A DNA stretch of 37,644 bases from contig JANNWA010000627.1 in the NCBI GenBank assembly GCA_031408275.1, forward strand, positions 1 to 37,644. The letters are read 5' to 3'. The notes beneath the pieces were generated by a model. The model saw only the letters and a program-made list of their open reading frames with translations. It did not search any database and had not been told where the DNA came from. Positions 34,693-37,644 of the stretch are shown here, piece by piece (the first letter of the stretch is position 1; the number at the start of each line of letters is the position of its first letter). Source of the stretch: Pseudomonadota bacterium (GTDB lineage Bacteria; Pseudomonadota; Gammaproteobacteria; Burkholderiales; SG8-39). The translations under genes were made by a program, and so were the position numbers.

Positions 34693-36802
34693 CAAACTCG
34701 GCTCTTGAAATCCGTTCGACTGCGGGCCAGGCCAGAGCCTGCGCAATCCGCAGGCTGAGGGATTCCGAGTTTTCAGCCGGGGGCTCCGGCTGCACAGCGG
34801 CCGCGGCCCCGCTTGCAGTGCTGCGGGCGAGCCTCAGGTTGGAGTCGCCCCAAGGCGCAGACAGCTTGTTCTGGGCGACGGCGCGACCCGACTGGAGCCT
34901 CGCGATCGGGCCGACAGCCCGATAGGCGGCCCCTTCGCCGAGGGTGCTCCACTGCTGCGCGTCCACCGGCTCGCTGAGCGTGGTCTTGAATTCCGAGGAA
35001 AACCTGACGCTGCCCGACGCGTCATCCACCAGCGCCACCCTGACGCGCGCCGGCCGCCCACCGTCGCGGGGCGGTTCGAGCAACACCGCCGAGTTGATGG
35101 TCAGTTTTCCCTCGCCGGGCTCGGCGACCTTGATCTTGGACAGCTCGAGAATTCGCACGAGTGCGGCGCGAAACTCCTTGGCCTGGGCATCGGGCACGCC
35201 GTCGATCCGGCCGATCATCACCGGGAGTTCGTTCGGCGGCGCCTTGGGGCCGAAGTTCTCGTTCTCCCAACCGACCATCCTTGCCTGCAGCTCCCCGGCA
35301 AGCGACGCGGTTTCATGGCTGTCGACTTCGGGCGGAAGCGCATCCAGCCCCACCGAGTTGTAGATTTTCCCCAGCGACGCTTCGAGGTAGGCGTAGGTCA
35401 GGTCGCGGTTGACTTTGCTCAGCAGGTAGCGCGCCTTCGCGCGGATCAGCTCGAACTCCGTATCGATGCCCACTTCGGCGCTTGAGGAGAGATAGCCGAC
35501 GATCTGCTCGTCATCCCTGGTCGCCAGGTCCCACACGCCGAACTCGTACGCGAGCAGCGAGTACCGGACTGCGGCAAGCCTGGTCTGGGTCATGACCGCC
35601 ATGCCCATCGCAAGGCGCCGGGTCTCGTCCAGCTTGCTCTGCGCCTCGGCCGAGCGGTTGACGGCCGGCAGCGAGAACGCCTTGACGAGGTTGAAGGCGA
35701 CGTTAACGCCGATCGACATCCATGCTCTGTTCACGAGGAACTTGTTGCTGTCGTAATTGCTCGCCACGTCCAGGTTGAGGTTCGGGAACAGCGCGAGAAC
35801 GGCCCGTCGCGCTTCGTCCTCGTTCACGCGGGTTTTGTAGGCTTCCTCGCCCAGTTCCGGCCGGTTGCGCAGCGCGACCGCCTCGAGCGTTTCCATGCGC
35901 GTCTTGAGCTCGAGGGTGGCTGCCGGGAAGCGGCTGGGCGGATCGACCTGCACCTGCGTTCCCGGCGGGACGTTGAGCAATGCCGCGAGTTCCACGCGCG
36001 CCTGGCCGAGGTCTACCCTGCGCAGGCTGATCTGCTGCTCGAGGTCGAGGAGCCCCCGGCGCAACGAGGCAGTCTGCATGGGCGGCAGCAGCTTCCGGTT
36101 CTCGATCACCCTGGATTTCTCGACGGCCAGGGCGATCTCCTCCTGGAGTTCCTCGATCTGCGGCATGAGCCGCTGCGCGGCCTCGCTCCTCCACCAGGCC
36201 AGGCGAACGTCCTGCACGAGGTTCTGGAGCGCCTTGCGCCGGCGCTCTTCGGTGATCAGGCTCTGGTCGGCCAGCTGCCTCGCGCGATAGTAGCTCAGGC
36301 CGAAGTCCAGCACGCTCCAGGTGAACGCCACGCTGGTGGTGTCCCGCGTCCGCTCCTGCGATGCCGACGGGTTGAGGGCCACTTGGCCGCTCGGCGAAAA
36401 CCCGAAGCCGAACGAATCGTTGCTGCGCGACGTATAGCCGGCGTTGGCGGTGAGCTTCGGGAGCATGTCGAACTTTGCGACATCGAGCTGGCCGAGCGAC
36501 ACCGCCTGCTCCATCATGCGGACCCGGTACTCCATCTGGTACTTGATAGACCGCGCAGTCGCCTCGTACAGGGTCACCGGCCGGTTGAGGGGTTCCTGGC
36601 CTGCAAACAGCTTGGCCTCCGCCTCCGCGGCGACGCTCTCCCGCTGGGCGGCATCCAACGGCACCGGGACCACCGAACAACCGGAGGCCAGCGATAGTGC
36701 GCAACCGAGGAGCAGGCGCCAGCGATCGAAGTTGATTGGTTTTCCTGACGGCACAAGTACACATCCGGGATGTTGATCTGATCGTACCCCTTGCGGGGCC
36801 AT
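34670..36802 (-). CDS. TolC/OMF-family outer-membrane lipoprotein with a C-terminal extension of about 224 aa
   Basis: 710 aa. Lipobox-like LLLGC / SLASGC at residues 30-42. Two OEP-type repeats span about residues 75-486 (YEATARSIKYQ..., LDFGLSYYRARQ, LALFPNLNLDVASNYDSN, LIRAKARYL). Residues 487-710 have no TolC counterpart. The start is uncertain because the ATG at 36802 has no SD. Confidence 0.8.
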   Translation of the reverse strand: MAPQGVRSDQHPGCVLVPSGKPINFDRWRLLLGCALSLASGCSVVPVPLDAAQRESVAAEAEAKLFAGQEPLNRPVTLYEATARSIKYQMEYRVRMMEQAVSLGQLDVAKFDMLPKLTANAGYTSRSNDSFGFGFSPSGQVALNPSASQERTRDTTSVAFTWSVLDFGLSYYRARQLADQSLITEERRRKALQNLVQDVRLAWWRSEAAQRLMPQIEELQEEIALAVEKSRVIENRKLLPPMQTASLRRGLLDLEQQISLRRVDLGQARVELAALLNVPPGTQVQVDPPSRFPAATLELKTRMETLEAVALRNRPELGEEAYKTRVNEDEARRAVLALFPNLNLDVASNYDSNKFLVNRAWMSIGVNVAFNLVKAFSLPAVNRSAEAQSKLDETRRLAMGMAVMTQTRLAAVRYSLLAYEFGVWDLATRDDEQIVGYLSSSAEVGIDTEFELIRAKARYLLSKVNRDLTYAYLEASLGKIYNSVGLDALPPEVDSHETASLAGELQARMVGWENENFGPKAPPNELPVMIGRIDGVPDAQAKEFRAALVRILELSKIKVAEPGEGKLTINSAVLLEPPRDGGRPARVRVALVDDASGSVRFSSEFKTTLSEPVDAQQWSTLGEGAAYRAVGPIARLQSGRAVAQNKLSAPWGDSNLRLARSTASGAAAAVQPEPPAENSESLSLRIAQALAWPAVERISRAEFGGVRLAQ

Positions 36803-36833
36803 TTTAACTTGTTATTTAAAGTGTCCTGAATCA

Positions 36834-36841
36834 CCCCCCCC
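36834..36841. repeat. C8 (G8 on the coding strand) homopolymer in the 44-nt spacer between the Ig-domain gene and the TolC-like gene
   Basis: Read directly: tcaCCCCCCCCggg at 36834-36841. The adjacent stretch 36803-36830 is AT-rich. Confidence 0.9.
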
Positions 36842-36846
36842 GGGAG

Positions 36847-37644
36847 CTAGAGGTTGGTGCGGCCCGGCCGCGTCTCTTTCGTCCCCAGGATCTTGGCAAG
36901 GAGGGGATCCCCCGCCGCCTTCGCTGCCCGAACCTGCTCCCCGAAAGGCGCCGCTCCGGCCCGCGTGGGCTTCGCCTTCTCCAGTTTGCCCTTGATCGGG
37001 GCATCGCCCGCATCCGCGAGGGGCGCTTCAACAGCATCCTCGTCTTCGGTTTCATCGTCGGGATCGGCCCAGGGTCGGACCGGTGCGGATACGCCCGACG
37101 CGTCCACGCGGGCGGGCTCGGCATCCCCGGCCTTCACGCCCAGTTCCAGCGTGAAGGCGATGTTCGCTTCGCGGCCGTCTTCGTCCCTGGCGCTGAGCAC
37201 TATCTCAAGGGAAGTCCGTGCGCCGCCCGGAGGCGTGCCCCGGAAAGTCCCGGTAAGTGAGTCGAATTGCAGCCAGGCGGGCAAGGGGCTTCCGTCGGCA
37301 CTCCGCGCCTCGAGCCTGACGATCGAGGCCGGATCCGTATGGCCGAACGCGTCCCGCGGAATCTCGAACACGCCGTCGCCGACCCCGCTGAGCACCCCGT
37401 GGAACACGAACAGCCTGTGCTCGGCGAGCGCTCCGCCGTCGCTTCCTGATACGCGGAGCAGATCCTCGGTGGCAACCCGCGCGACCGGAAATCCACGATC
37501 GATCGCCTGCGATGAACCCAGTGCGGCGGCCTGCAGCGCCGCGAGGTCGCCCTGGGCCATCTTGAGGACCTCGGCGACGCCATCCGCTCCGCGACCGGAT
37601 GCGCCTTGCGGCCCCGGCGCCCCGCCGGCGGCGGGCTCGATATC
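36847..37644 (-). CDS. Dystroglycan-type cadherin-like / putative Ig (He_PIG-like) domain protein; frame open to the window edge, so possibly the C-terminus of a larger protein
   Basis: The frame has no stop from 37644 down to TAG at 36847-36849. The first in-window ATG is at 37560 (237 aa). Domain signature FEIPRDAFGHTDPASIVRLEARSADGSPLPAWLQFDSLTGTFRGTPPGG.RTSLEIVLSARDEDGREANIAFTLEL. Acidic stretch DPDDETEDEDA. No N-terminal signal peptide if it starts at 37560. Confidence 0.6.
   Translation of the reverse strand, partial: DIEPAAGGAPGPQGASGRGADGVAEVLKMAQGDLAALQAAALGSSQAIDRGFPVARVATEDLLRVSGSDGGALAEHRLFVFHGVLSGVGDGVFEIPRDAFGHTDPASIVRLEARSADGSPLPAWLQFDSLTGTFRGTPPGGARTSLEIVLSARDEDGREANIAFTLELGVKAGDAEPARVDASGVSAPVRPWADPDDETEDEDAVEAPLADAGDAPIKGKLEKAKPTRAGAAPFGEQVRAAKAAGDPLLAKILGTKETRPGRTNL

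Noticed and set aside
1-37644. Scan for tRNA/rRNA genes, CRISPR repeats, IS elements or transposases, integrases, and classical defence genes
   Set aside because: I saw no T-loop/acceptor-stem patterns, no regularly spaced direct repeats, no terminal inverted repeats flanking a transposase-like ORF, and no nuclease- or ATPase-type defence motifs. Paralogue pairs (2 Bug, 2 crotonase, 2 MFS, 2 MBL, 2 HlyD) are divergent at the DNA level, so they are not repeats.

Overview
This is a high-GC window (by eye about 65-68% GC, with strong GC3 bias in the real frames), densely packed with genes and probably betaproteobacterial. The two orphan Bug/TctC-type solute-binding proteins are typical of Burkholderiales-like genomes. 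I found no rRNA, tRNA, CRISPR array, transposase, integrase or phage genes.

Positions 1-32.4 kb are ordinary chromosomal metabolism and transport:
- acyl-CoA enzymes
- kynA-kynU
- an APH-kinase/ACAD/SDR module facing a CoA-transferase
- dtd
- gor
- a TPP enzyme
- MFS, TauE and Bug transport genes
- a PA0069-type radical SAM gene

The most unusual locus is the right-hand end (32.45-37.64 kb, minus strand). It appears to be one operon encoding:
- a dystroglycan/cadherin-like Ig-domain protein whose reading frame runs off the window edge
- a TolC-family lipoprotein with a C-terminal extension of about 224 aa
- an anchor-only HlyD-type adaptor
- a second HlyD-type adaptor carrying a cytoplasmic N-terminal domain of about 185 aa

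No ABC, RND or MFS inner-membrane energiser is visible in this operon. I rank it as the best candidate for an undescribed envelope-spanning secretion or efflux system.

Secondary points of interest:
- an lva/ACAD10-11-like 4-hydroxyacyl-CoA phosphorylation-elimination module
- a Kv/BacNav-like channel with a Ser/Gln-rich non-canonical pore
- a DegP-like protein with Tyr where the catalytic His is expected
- a NUDT19-like Nudix-MBL fusion
- a type IV pilin translationally coupled to a thioesterase
- several operator-like palindromes

All family calls come from motif recognition by eye. No searches were run. Start codons are the least certain coordinates.
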